A stretch of DNA of 64,000 bases. Source: Anaeromyxobacteraceae bacterium. Lineage in GTDB: Bacteria; Myxococcota; Myxococcia; Myxococcales; Anaeromyxobacteraceae. A program made the position numbers and the translations under genes. This document shows positions 51,739 to 60,871 of this stretch, piece by piece. The stretch spans positions 864,001-928,000 of the forward strand of contig JASGHJ010000002.1 in NCBI GenBank assembly GCA_047602405.1. Reading direction: 5' to 3'. The stretch's first letter is position 1, and every line of letters begins with the position of its first letter. Below the pieces are notes generated by a model. The model saw only the letters and a program-made list of their open reading frames with translations, ran no database searches and was not told the DNA's origin.

Positions 51739-51989
51739 GGCTTCCTCCTGGTCTTGGCCCAGCGGTCGAGCGTGGCGCGGGCGCCATCGGGATCGCGACG
51801 GGCGGCCTCGCGGACGGCCACCGGCACGCGGACGGTCAACATCACCATGGCCGCGCCCGGCGACCCTCGCAGGGCCGTCAGAGGCCCGCCCCGGGCCCGC
51901 TGGCGGTAGTGCGCCACGCACAGCCCGAGCGCCCGCGCCGGCCTGGTACAGCCGGGGCCGGTGCAGCGTCGTGAGGTCGAGCGGGGCAT
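51735..51989 (-). CDS. Small C-C-C-H zinc-finger protein with ribbon-helix-like tail
   Basis: CTGPGC...GLCVAHY; LTVRVP; overlaps resolvase start. Confidence 0.55.
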   Translation of the reverse strand: MPRSTSRRCTGPGCTRPARALGLCVAHYRQRARGGPLTALRGSPGAAMVMLTVRVPVAVREAARRDPDGARATLDRWAKTRRKP

Positions 51990-52555
51990 CGACGGGGATC
52001 TGTGAACGGATCGCTAGCGTATGTCAACAGCGTGATCGACGCGGTCGAGGTCCCTGCCCCCGGGCGGTGACCGTCACCAATGCCGCACGAGACGCGTCAC
52101 CGGTCTCCAGCGACCAGCGTGGCGAGCACGACGTGGAGGGCCTCCGACACCTGGGCTGCCCGTGATCTCGCCCGGTTGCCGGCGACGTTGACGCCCGCCG
52201 CGACGTAGACGGAGCGCCGCGAGACCGTGCGTAGACGGCCGCGACGCGCTCGACCGCGGCTCTGGCGGCGCCGCCGGCTCGTTCCGAGGGCCTCGGCGGC
52301 GTTCGCGGTTCGCGTGACCCGAGTGACGGATCCGGCGCGTTCCGGCAACTCTGCCTGAAAGCTTCTCCAGGAGGAGAATGTCGAGGGTGACGGGATCTGT
52401 CACGTCAGTCACCCTTCCGCCGGGGCTCCGACGACAGGGCAGCGGGGTAGGTTCGGAATCGGCCGGGGCTAGGGTTCGCGGCCCAAACGCGCGCCCCCAG
52501 CGCGCCCGCCCCGTGCCTGTCCACCCTGGGGAAACGTCAGCGCCTGGGGGGCGCC

Positions 52556-53218
52556 GTGCCCAAGCCGCCGGTCGTGTACCGACTCGACATGGTCGAGCGG
52601 GGCTTCCCAACCGCGGACGAGGGCCTCGCAAGGCTCCTGCCGCGGACCTACTTCCCCGAGGCCGCGAAGCTCGCGGGCCTGTTCGGGTTCGACCCGGGGT
52701 TTCCGATCCGTGAACGGCTCGATGAGGCCGCGGGGCTGTACCTCTCGACCCACGCCGCGCGAAGCCCATCCCCCAACGAGCAGCGGAGGCGGCTCGACCT
52801 CGTGGATCGTGCGGCGCGCGCCGTGGCCCGTGGCCACGCCGCTCGTGGAGAGGCGCTCGCCCGCCTACTGGAGGCGGGCGGGATGGCAGGCCTGCCGTTT
52901 CTGGCTCCCGAGATCGAGCTGCGCCGCGCCTCCGGGCTGCCCTTCGCGTTCGGGCGGGCGGAGGCCGAGGCCGTCGTGGCGCAGGTCCGGGCGGCGCGTC
53001 GATGGCTGCCGACTCGGCGCCCGCCCGTCTCGGGCGACAGCGACCTCCGCATCTTCGTGGTGAACATCGCGAAGATCTACCAGGAGGGAACCGGGAAGAA
53101 GCCGGGCCGCGGACGGGAAGGGCCCTTCCCGCGATTCCTCTCGCTCGTCTGCGCGGAGATCGGCATCAAGATCAGCCAGGAAGCCCTCGTGAAGCTGCAC
53201 CGACGCTGGGGAAAATAG
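52556..53218 (+). CDS. Hypothetical protein
   Basis: Long ORF; IYQEGTGKKPG...GPFPRFL. Confidence 0.6.
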   Translation: MPKPPVVYRLDMVERGFPTADEGLARLLPRTYFPEAAKLAGLFGFDPGFPIRERLDEAAGLYLSTHAARSPSPNEQRRRLDLVDRAARAVARGHAARGEALARLLEAGGMAGLPFLAPEIELRRASGLPFAFGRAEAEAVVAQVRAARRWLPTRRPPVSGDSDLRIFVVNIAKIYQEGTGKKPGRGREGPFPRFLSLVCAEIGIKISQEALVKLHRRWGK

Positions 53219-53270
53219 ACCCGAGGGTTGGTCCCAGACCGGCAGTGTTGCGTGCGCTACCAGGTAGCGC

Positions 53271-53468
53271 ATGAACCGTCTGACACGTCGTAGCAAGCTT
53301 CGCGATGCACGGCTGGCTCAAGGCCTGAGCCTGGAACGTGCCGCGGTGGCCGCCGGGATTTCCGTGTGCTGGTTGCGGCAGTTGGAGCGCGACCCCTCCC
53401 TCCTGAGCGTGCGGGTGGCGTCGCGGCTGTTGCCGGTGCTCGGCATCGCCCCCGAGGTGACGCCGTGA
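53271..53468 (+). CDS. XRE/Cro-like HTH regulator
   Basis: LRDARLAQGLSLERAAVAAGISVCWLRQLE. Confidence 0.85.
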   Translation: MNRLTRRSKLRDARLAQGLSLERAAVAAGISVCWLRQLERDPSLLSVRVASRLLPVLGIAPEVTP

Positions 53469-53629
53469 CCGAGAACCCGACCGCCCAGGACGAGGGCGAG
53501 GCGCTGCGGCGGCTCCGCGAGGTGATCGAGCGGGTCCGTCGAGGACCTGCTGCGCCGATGCCGGTTCCCGGTCCGAGCGCCGAGCCCCCACGCCGCCACT
53601 GGACCGATCGCGACGAGGTCGAACCGTGA
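53465..53629 (+). CDS. Small hypothetical protein
   Basis: GTGA overlaps at both ends. Confidence 0.45.
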   Translation: MTENPTAQDEGEALRRLREVIERVRRGPAAPMPVPGPSAEPPRRHWTDRDEVEP

Positions 53630-55087
53630 CCCACGATCAAAGCCCTGGGCCCGGGTTTCGGGCCGAGAGCGAGAGCCCGGAGTTCGAGGCCGAGGCAGCG
53701 GTCGAATACCGAGTCGCGGGTACCGACGAGATCGACAGGCCCCGTTCCGACGCTGGCAACGCAGAGCGTCTGGTCCGGTTGCACGGGCACGAGATCCGGT
53801 ACGTCCACAGGTGGAATCGCTGGCTGCTGTGGGACGGGGCCCGTTGGGCCCTAGACGAGCGCGGAGACGTGGTGCGGCTCGCGATGAGCAGCGCGCGCGA
53901 CCTCATGCTCATCGCGGGGACGATGCGTCCCGGGGCGGACAAGAACGCACTTGTGGCGCACGCGCTGCGAGCCGAGTCACGCTCGGGAATCGACAACGCG
54001 CTCGCCATCGCGCGCAACCTCTCCCAGGTGGCGCTCACCCCCAGTGACCTCGACCGGAACCCGGATCTCCTCAACGTGGCGAACGGGACCCTGGATCTGC
54101 GCAGCGGGAAGCTCAGGCCCCACGACCGCGGAGATAACCTGACCAAGGTCTGCGCAGCGCCCTACGTCCCCGGGGCGTCGTGCCCGACCTGGGACGCCTT
54201 CCTGGCCCGCGTACTGCCCGACACCGAGGTGCGGGCATACCTCAAGCGCGCGGTGGGCTACAGCCTGACGGGCCGCGTGGAGGAGCACGTCCTCCACTTT
54301 CTTCACGGTCGCGGTGCGAACGGAAAGACGACCTTCCTTGAGATCATCAGGTTCCTGTTGGGCGAGGGGGAGTACGCGAAGACGGCGGGCCCCAGCCTGC
54401 TCCTCGCAGCGAGACAAGAGCGGCATGCCGTCGAGATCGCGGACCTCCAGGGTGCCCGCGTCGTGACGACCGTCGAGATGGGCGAGGGGCAGCACTGGGA
54501 CGAGCCGAAGGTGAAGTGGCTAACGGGCGGCGACACCCTCAAGGCGCGGTTCATGCACGAGAACCCGTTCGCCTTCGTGCCCACCCACAAGATTCTGGAT
54601 CGCCGGGAACCACAAGCCGAGGGTGAGCGGCACCGACAACGGCTTCTGGCGGCGGGTCCACATGATCCTGTTCCCGGTAGAGATCCCGGAGGCCGAGAGG
54701 GATCACGAGCTGTTGGCGAAGCTCCGGAACGAGATGACGGGAATCCTGCGATGGGCCGTCGAGGGCTGCCAAGAGTGGCGGCAGATCGGCCTCGCCCCGC
54801 CCCCCGCCGTGCTCGCCGCGGTGAAGGAGTACAGGAGCGACGAGGACGTGGTCGGCGCCTTCCTGGACGAGTGCTGCACCCTCGCACCCGGCGGGCGAGT
54901 CGATTCGAAGGGCCTTAGCGATGAGTTCCGGAGGTGGGCCGATGCGAACGGAGAGAGGCGGCTTTCCACGAAGGCCCTCGGTGGGAACCTGGAAGACCGG
55001 GGCTACCAGAGGAAGGCGTCGGGAGGCCGCCGCTGGATCCTCGGGCTGGAACTGCGCCAGGTGCAGGACGGAGAGGAGGCGGGGTGA
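53626..55087 (+). CDS. P4-family/D5-like SF3 helicase (phage/plasmid primase C-terminal type); +1 frameshift at ~54593
   Basis: DAGNAERL, LLNVANGTLDL, GRGANGKTT, KWLTGGD; corrected HKIWIAGNHKP...FWRR. Confidence 0.9.
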
Positions 55088-55296
55088 CGAATGAACCGAT
55101 GTGGACCGCGGCGGACGTGGCGTCCTTCCTGCGGGTCTCCCGGAGCTGGGTGTACCTGCACGCCGAGGCCGGCGACCTGCCGTCCGTGAAGATCGGCGGC
55201 CTCCGGCGATTCTTGCCCGATCAGATCCGGGCGTACGCAGGCGGCGAGGCCGCGCCCAGGACGACGATCGTGGCGATCTCACCCCGGGGCCGTTGA
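55084..55296 (+). CDS. Excisionase-like HTH protein
   Basis: WTAADVASFLRVSRSWVY...LPSVKIGGLRRF. Confidence 0.85.
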   Translation: MTNEPMWTAADVASFLRVSRSWVYLHAEAGDLPSVKIGGLRRFLPDQIRAYAGGEAAPRTTIVAISPRGR

Positions 55297-55319
55297 TCCC
55301 CTTCGCATATGGGCGGACA

Positions 55320-55514
55320 ATGGCAGACATGAGCAAAGATGCCCGGCTTACCTTTCGGATGTCCCAGCAGGTGCGCGACGCGCTGGAGCGCGCCGCCCAG
55401 GCGGAGCGCCGCAAGACCTCCGACCTCGCGACGATGATCCTGGAGGACTGGTTGGAGTCAAAGGGGCACCTCTCGAAGCTCGGCGCGCCCGCGAAGAAGA
55501 AGGGCAGGGGATAG
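55320..55514 (+). CDS. Ribbon-helix-helix DNA-binding protein
   Basis: RLTFRMSQQVRDALERAAQAERRKTSDL. Confidence 0.7.
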   Translation: MADMSKDARLTFRMSQQVRDALERAAQAERRKTSDLATMILEDWLESKGHLSKLGAPAKKKGRG

Positions 55515-55517
55515 GCC

Positions 55518-57011
55518 ATGGCGAGCGTATTCCGTCGCGTGCGGTGGGTCGCCCTGGGCGGCGAGCGGGTATCGGAGCAGCGGGCCGTGCAGCTCCAGGC
55601 CGAAGGCGTCGCGGTCGAGCGGCGGGAGGGGAAGGTCTGGTACCTCCGATACCGGGCCGAGGGCGGCCGGATGGTCGATCAGCCGTCGCGGGCGAGGACC
55701 AAGCGCGAGGCGGAGAAGCTCGCAGTGGACCTGGAGCGCCGAGCCGAGCGTGTCCGGCTCGGGCTGGAGGTCGGGCTGCCCGAGGACGGCGGCGGCCCGC
55801 TGGCTGAGCTGCTCACCTGGTGGCTCAAGACGCACTCGGCCAGGTCGCCGTCGCACGCCAGGAACGAGAGCGCGATCCGCGCACACCTCCTGAGCAGCGG
55901 CCTCGCCGCCCTGCCGCTCTCGGCGGTGACCTCCGACCGGATCGAGCTGTTCCTCCAGGCGAAGGACGCCGAGCTGGGGCCGCAGAGCGTGAACCACCTG
56001 CGGGGCTACCTCTCGCGCGCGTTCAACGCCGCGAGGAAGGTCAAGCGGTGGGCGGGAAGCAACCCGGTCGTCGCCGTGGAGAAGCGGAAGGTCCCGAAGC
56101 GCATCCCAGACTACCTCCGGGCCAGCGAGGTGCCCGCCGTCATGGCCGCGCTCGCGCCGAAGTTCCGGCCGTTGTTCGCCGCCGCGCTCTACACCGGGAT
56201 GAGGAAGGGCGAGCTGCTGGGGCTGCGGAAGGCGTCCGTGGACTTCGAGGCCGGGGTGATCACGGTGGAGAGGTCCTACGACCGGGACACCACGAAGGGC
56301 GGTCACGCCGACGCCATCCCCATCGCGGCCGAGCTGGAGCCCTTCCTGCGGGCGGCGGTGGAGGCGTCGGGCTCGGGCCTCGTCTTCCCGGGCAGGGGCG
56401 GGGAGATGCTCCCGGAGGCGACGAAGCTGGAGGGCGTCCTGCGGCGCGCGCTCGGCCGCGCCGACATCGTGGAGGGCTACCGCCACGTCTGCCGCGCCCG
56501 GGTGGACGGTCGCGGGAAGCGGGCAAGGTCCGCCCCCCGCTGCGAGCACGTCGAGGTCGCGACGGACCGCGCGCTCCGGCGCTGCCCTCTCCACGGCGAC
56601 GCGCTGTGGCCGGTCGCCCAGGTGCGCAAGCTCCGCTTCCACGATCTGCGGCACACGACGGCGACGCTGCTCCTCAAGGCCGGCGTCCCGCTGGCGACGG
56701 TGCAGAAGATCCTGCGCCACACGGACCCGAAGATCACCGCGAAGGTCTACGGGCACCTCGACCAGGACGACATGCGGGCCGGGCTCGACAAGCTCGCCTT
56801 TGACCTTCCGACCGTCGCGCCGCCCGAGGCCGTCGCGGCCGGCGCGGTCGTGCTGGACTCCGTGCTGGACCGGGCAGGATCGGAAAAGAGGAAGGCCGGG
56901 AGCCCGCCCGCACATCGCGAGGGAACTCCCGGCCTTCCGGTTGCGCGCGGTAAGGGATTCGAACCCCTGGCCTTCGGCTCCGGAGGCCGACGCTCTATCC
57001 AGCTGAGCTAA
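55518..57011 (+). CDS. int: Tyrosine integrase (integrated, short-tail form)
   Basis: TGMRKGEL, FHDLRHT, ILRH...VYGH; reads through att and antisense into the tRNA. Confidence 0.95.
   Translation: MASVFRRVRWVALGGERVSEQRAVQLQAEGVAVERREGKVWYLRYRAEGGRMVDQPSRARTKREAEKLAVDLERRAERVRLGLEVGLPEDGGGPLAELLTWWLKTHSARSPSHARNESAIRAHLLSSGLAALPLSAVTSDRIELFLQAKDAELGPQSVNHLRGYLSRAFNAARKVKRWAGSNPVVAVEKRKVPKRIPDYLRASEVPAVMAALAPKFRPLFAAALYTGMRKGELLGLRKASVDFEAGVITVERSYDRDTTKGGHADAIPIAAELEPFLRAAVEASGSGLVFPGRGGEMLPEATKLEGVLRRALGRADIVEGYRHVCRARVDGRGKRARSAPRCEHVEVATDRALRRCPLHGDALWPVAQVRKLRFHDLRHTTATLLLKAGVPLATVQKILRHTDPKITAKVYGHLDQDDMRAGLDKLAFDLPTVAPPEAVAAGAVVLDSVLDRAGSEKRKAGSPPAHREGTPGLPVARGKGFEPLAFGSGGRRSIQLS
56883..56987. 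repeat. Right att direct repeat
   Basis: Matches 44905-45009. Confidence 0.95.
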
Positions 57012-57017
57012 CCGCGC
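56944..57017 (-). tRNA. tRNA-Arg(CCG); CCA end not encoded
   Basis: GCGCGGTTAGCTCAGCTGGATAGAGCGTCGGCCTCCGGAGCCGAAGGCCAGGGGTTCGAATCCCTTACCGCGCG folds as a cloverleaf. Confidence 0.96.
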
Positions 57018-57234
57018 AACAGGTCGCCGTATCTAGTGCACACCCTCCCAGAAGGCAAGGATCGTCGGCGCGCGTCGTGGGGCGCGGCGCCCCGTGCGCG
57101 GGACGCCTCCCGCGCGTCCGGGGGAGTCCCTTTCCCGGGGGACGCGTAACCTTGACCCCCGGGGTATCTCGCTGATACTCCTGAGGTCCCTGCGGAAACC
57201 CGGCCGAGTGTGGGACCGGAGGACACTGCTGCCC

Positions 57235-57882
57235 ATGGCCATTCGAGCGATCGCGGTCGAGGACGACGAGGCGGTGGCGAAGCTCATCGCCCAGGTCCTC
57301 ACCACCCACGGCTTCGAGGTGTGCGGTACGGCCGGCACGGGAGAGGACGGCGTGGCGCTCGCCCGGCGCGAGAAGCCCGACGTCGCGCTCATCGACCTCG
57401 GCCTGCCGAAGATGAGCGGCGAGGACGTCATCGCCGCCATCCGGGCGGAGCTGCCCAAGACGGCGTGCATCGCCCTCACCGCGGTGGACATCCCCGCGCG
57501 CGTGCTCGGCGCCATGCGGGCGGGCGCGTCCGGCTACATCCTGAAGCCCTTCCACGCGAGCGAGCTCGCGCGGGCCGTCGAGGACGTCCTCTCGGGCGAG
57601 GCCGCGCCGATCAGCCCGCGGGCGGCGAAGGTGCTGCTCTCCGAGCTCCGGGGCGACCCCCCGGAGCAGCGCGCCAAGGACGGCCCGGCGCTCTCGAAGC
57701 GCGAGCTCGAGGTGCTCCAGCTCCTCGTGCACGGCCACACGTACGCGGACGTCGCCCAGGCGCTCGGGATCGCCGAGGGTACGGTCCAGACCTACGTGAA
57801 GCGCATCTACGAGAAGATGGACGTCTCCACGAAGGCGGAGGCGGCTCTCCTCGCGGTGGCGCGCGGCCTGGTCAGGCCCTAG
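57235..57882 (+). CDS. NarL/LuxR-family response regulator
   Basis: VEDD, IDLGLP, GYILK, LSKRELEVL HTH. Confidence 0.92.
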   Translation: MAIRAIAVEDDEAVAKLIAQVLTTHGFEVCGTAGTGEDGVALARREKPDVALIDLGLPKMSGEDVIAAIRAELPKTACIALTAVDIPARVLGAMRAGASGYILKPFHASELARAVEDVLSGEAAPISPRAAKVLLSELRGDPPEQRAKDGPALSKRELEVLQLLVHGHTYADVAQALGIAEGTVQTYVKRIYEKMDVSTKAEAALLAVARGLVRP

Positions 57883-57939
57883 GGAAGACCCTGAGTCAGG
57901 CCCCGTCCGGGATGCGGCCCGGGCGTGGCGGGGCGCGCC

Positions 57940-57968
57940 TTGACGGATCGGCGTGCTCCCCCTATATT
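57940..57968 (+). promoter_or_regulatory. Sigma70-type promoter for yceD-rpmF-plsX-fab
   Basis: TTGACG-17 bp-TATATT. Confidence 0.65.
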
Positions 57969-58001
57969 GGCCCCCTTTCGGGTTCGGGAAATCGTATCTA
58001 A

Positions 58002-58565
58002 ATGCGCGTCAACATTGACGAAATCAAGGACGCCGGGCTCAAGAAGAGCTGGGACGTTCCCCGGGAGGCGGTCGACGAGATCGTCCAGGGCGATCGTGCG
58101 GGCTACCGCGCGAGCGCCCCGGTCCACGTCGACGCGACGCTCGAGAAGGTCGAGCGCCGGGTCCGCCTCGACGCGCACGCCGACGTCTCGGTCGAGGTCC
58201 CCTGCGGCCGCTGCCTCAACCCGGTGAGCGTCCGGCTCCCGGTCGACATCGCGCTCACGCTCGTCCCGACGGACGAGTACGCCGACGACGACGAGGACGG
58301 CCGCCGCAGCGACGAGAAGGCGCCCGTCGCCGGCTCCTTCGATCCGACCGCCGCCGACGAGGAGACGTACGAGGGCAAGGTCATCGACCTCGACCCGATC
58401 CTGCGCGAGGAGATCCTGCTCGCGCTGCCGAGCTATCCGGTGTGCCGCGAGGGCTGCAAGGGCCTCTGCAGCGTCTGCGGCCAGAACCTCAACGAGAAGG
58501 ACTGCGGCTGCGACCGGCACGTCCCTGACCCGCGATGGGCGGGCCTCAAGGGCAAGCTGCAGTAG
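58002..58565 (+). CDS. yceD: YceD/DUF177 protein
   Basis: CGRCL, CREGCKGLCSVCGQNLN, DPRW; directly upstream of rpmF. Confidence 0.92.
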   Translation: MRVNIDEIKDAGLKKSWDVPREAVDEIVQGDRAGYRASAPVHVDATLEKVERRVRLDAHADVSVEVPCGRCLNPVSVRLPVDIALTLVPTDEYADDDEDGRRSDEKAPVAGSFDPTAADEETYEGKVIDLDPILREEILLALPSYPVCREGCKGLCSVCGQNLNEKDCGCDRHVPDPRWAGLKGKLQ

Positions 58566-58617
58566 TCGCCGCCCGCTTCAGTCACTGCAACACAGTTAGC
58601 GAGAGAAGGAGCACGCG

Positions 58618-58797
58618 ATGGGTGTCCCGAAGAAGCGTACGAGCAGCATGCGCCGCGACCGCCGCCGGGCCGCGAACTTCAAGCTGAAGCCGCTGAACGT
58701 CACGAAGTGCCCGAAGTGCAAGGAGCCGGTGATGTCGCACCGGGCCTGCCCGACCTGCGGAACGTACAAGGGCGAGCAGATCACCGAGGCAACCTAG
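58618..58797 (+). CDS. rpmF: 50S ribosomal protein L32
   Basis: Own translation MGVPKKRTSSMRRDRRRA...CPKC...HRACPTCGTYKG. Confidence 0.96.
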   Translation: MGVPKKRTSSMRRDRRRAANFKLKPLNVTKCPKCKEPVMSHRACPTCGTYKGEQITEAT

Positions 58798-58800
58798 TTC

Positions 58801-59858
58801 GTGCAGACGATCGCGCCTGTCGCCGTCGACGCGATGGGGGAGACAACGCCCCCGGCGCCATCGTCCACGGAGCGGTTAACGCAGCGCGCAAGGGGCTGGC
58901 CGTCATCCTGGTCGGCCCCGAGGCACGGGTGCGCGCGGAGCTCGAGCGGCTCCGCGCCCCGAAGAGCCTGCCGATCTCGGTCGTGAACGCGACCGAGGTG
59001 ATCGACATGCACGATCACCCCGGCCAGGCGATGCGGCGGAAGAAGCACAACTCCATCCGCGTCTGCTTCGAGCTCGTGAAGTCGGGCGATGCGGCCGCGA
59101 TGGTGTCGGCGGGCAACTCCGGCGCCGTCATGGCGGGGGCGATCTTCGTCCTCGGCCGCCCCGACGGCGTGGAGCGCCCCGCGATCCTCACCGCGGTCCC
59201 GGCGCTGCGCGGCCACCCCATCGTGCTCGACGTGGGCGCGGTGGTGGACTGCCGCGCCATCCACCTCGTGCAGTTCGCGCTGATGGGCGAGGTCTACTCG
59301 CGCCGGGTCATGGGCATCGCCCGGCCGAGGGTCGCGATCCTCGCGAACGGCGAGGAGCCGTCGAAGGGCACCGACCTCACCCGCGCCGCCGCCGCCGCGC
59401 TGCGGGGGTCCTCGATCGACTTCGTCGGCTACTGCGAGGGGCGCGATCTCCTCACCGGCGAGTTCGACGTCATCGCGACCGACGGGTTCACCGGCAACGT
59501 GGCCCTGAAGACGATGGAGGGGACCGCCAAGGCCGTCGGCGAGTACCTGAAGCGGGCCTTCAAGAGCACCCCGGCCGCCATGGCGGGCGGGCTGCTCTCC
59601 AAGGCCGCCCTCGGCGAGATGAAGCGCCGGATGGACTGGCGCGAGCACGGCGCCGCCCCGCTCGTCGGCGTGAACGGGGTCGCGCTCATCACCCACGGAA
59701 GCTCCGACGCGCTCGCCATCGAGAACGCGGTCAGGAAGGCGCTCGAGGTCGCGCGCTCGCACTTCCCCGACGATCTCGCCGAGGCGGTCGCCCCGTCCGA
59801 GGCCCTGCTCGAGGCGGCCGCCGAGCCGTCCCGCCCCGCCGGCACGCCGGCGCCTTAA
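58801..59858 (+). CDS. plsX: Phosphate acyltransferase PlsX (-1 frameshift in G run 58836-58840)
   Basis: Adding one G gives VAVDAMGGDNAP; SAGNSGA, GEEPSKG, DGFTGNV. Confidence 0.93.
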
Positions 59859-59879
59859 CGCCTGAGGAGAAAAGGAACC

Positions 59880-60860
59880 ATGCGCTCCCTCATCACCGGC
59901 ACCGGCTCGTACGTCCCCGAGAAGATCCTCACGAACGCCGACCTCGAGAGGATGGTCGAGACGAACGATCAGTGGATCGTCGAGCGGACCGGCATCAAGG
60001 AGCGCCACATCGCGGCGCCCGAGCAGGCGTCCTCCGACCTCGCGGTCGAGGCCTCGAAGCGGGCGCTCGAGATGGCGGGCATGAAGGCCGAGGATCTCGA
60101 CCTCATCGTGGTCGGCACCATCAGCCCCGACTTCCAGTTCCCGTCCTGCGCCGCGGTCGTGCAGGGCAAGCTCGGCAACAAGAAGGCGTTCGTGTTCGAC
60201 GTCTCGGCTGCCTGCGCGGGCTCGCTCTACGCCCTCAGCGTGGCCGACCGGTTCGTGGTGTCGGGCGCGGTGAAGAACGCCCTCGTCATCGGCGTCGAGA
60301 CGCTCTCCCGCATCACCGACTGGACCGACCGCAACACCTGCGTGCTCTTCGGCGACGGCGCCGGCGCGATGGTGCTGCAGCCGGGGTCGGACGACCGCCG
60401 CGGCCTCGCGAGCGTCAAGCTCCACACCGACGGCTCGCTCGTGCCGATCCTCTACATGCCGGGCGGCGGCTCGAAGGAGCCGATCTCGCAGAAGATCATC
60501 GACGAGAAGAGCCACTTCGTGAAGATGAACGGCCGCGAGGTGTTCAAGGTGGCCGTCCGCGCGCTCGACGAGAGCTGCCGCGAGGCGCTCGCCGCCGAGA
60601 AGCTCTCGCCCTCCGACGTCACCTGGGTCTGCGCGCACCAGGCGAACAAGCGGATCATCGACGCGACGCTCGAGCGGCTCGGCATCCCGCCGGAGAAGTG
60701 CTGGATGAACGTGCACAAGTACGGCAACACCTCCTCGGCCAGCGTCCCGATGACGCTCGACGAGGCGAACCGCGCCGGGTGGCTGAAGCCCGGCGACGTC
60801 GTCCTCATGACCGCGATCGGCGCCGGCATGGCCTGGGGCGCGGGCGTCATCCGCTGGTAG
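59880..60860 (+). CDS. fabH: 3-oxoacyl-ACP synthase III
   Basis: AACAG, HQAN, GNTSSAS. Confidence 0.96.
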   Translation: MRSLITGTGSYVPEKILTNADLERMVETNDQWIVERTGIKERHIAAPEQASSDLAVEASKRALEMAGMKAEDLDLIVVGTISPDFQFPSCAAVVQGKLGNKKAFVFDVSAACAGSLYALSVADRFVVSGAVKNALVIGVETLSRITDWTDRNTCVLFGDGAGAMVLQPGSDDRRGLASVKLHTDGSLVPILYMPGGGSKEPISQKIIDEKSHFVKMNGREVFKVAVRALDESCREALAAEKLSPSDVTWVCAHQANKRIIDATLERLGIPPEKCWMNVHKYGNTSSASVPMTLDEANRAGWLKPGDVVLMTAIGAGMAWGAGVIRW

Positions 60861-60871
60861 GAGCGATCACG

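Larger units (their letters stand above)
44905..56987. mobile_element. ~12-kb integrative element (phage-satellite/IME-like) in tRNA-Arg(CCG)
   Basis: Flanking direct repeats, tyrosine integrase, Xis-like HTH, D5/P4 helicase, serine resolvase; no recognisable virion genes. Confidence 0.9.

Noticed and set aside
58801..59858. plsX pseudogene or programmed frameshift
   Set aside because: One G missing from a homopolymer in a core operon; a sequencing error is more likely
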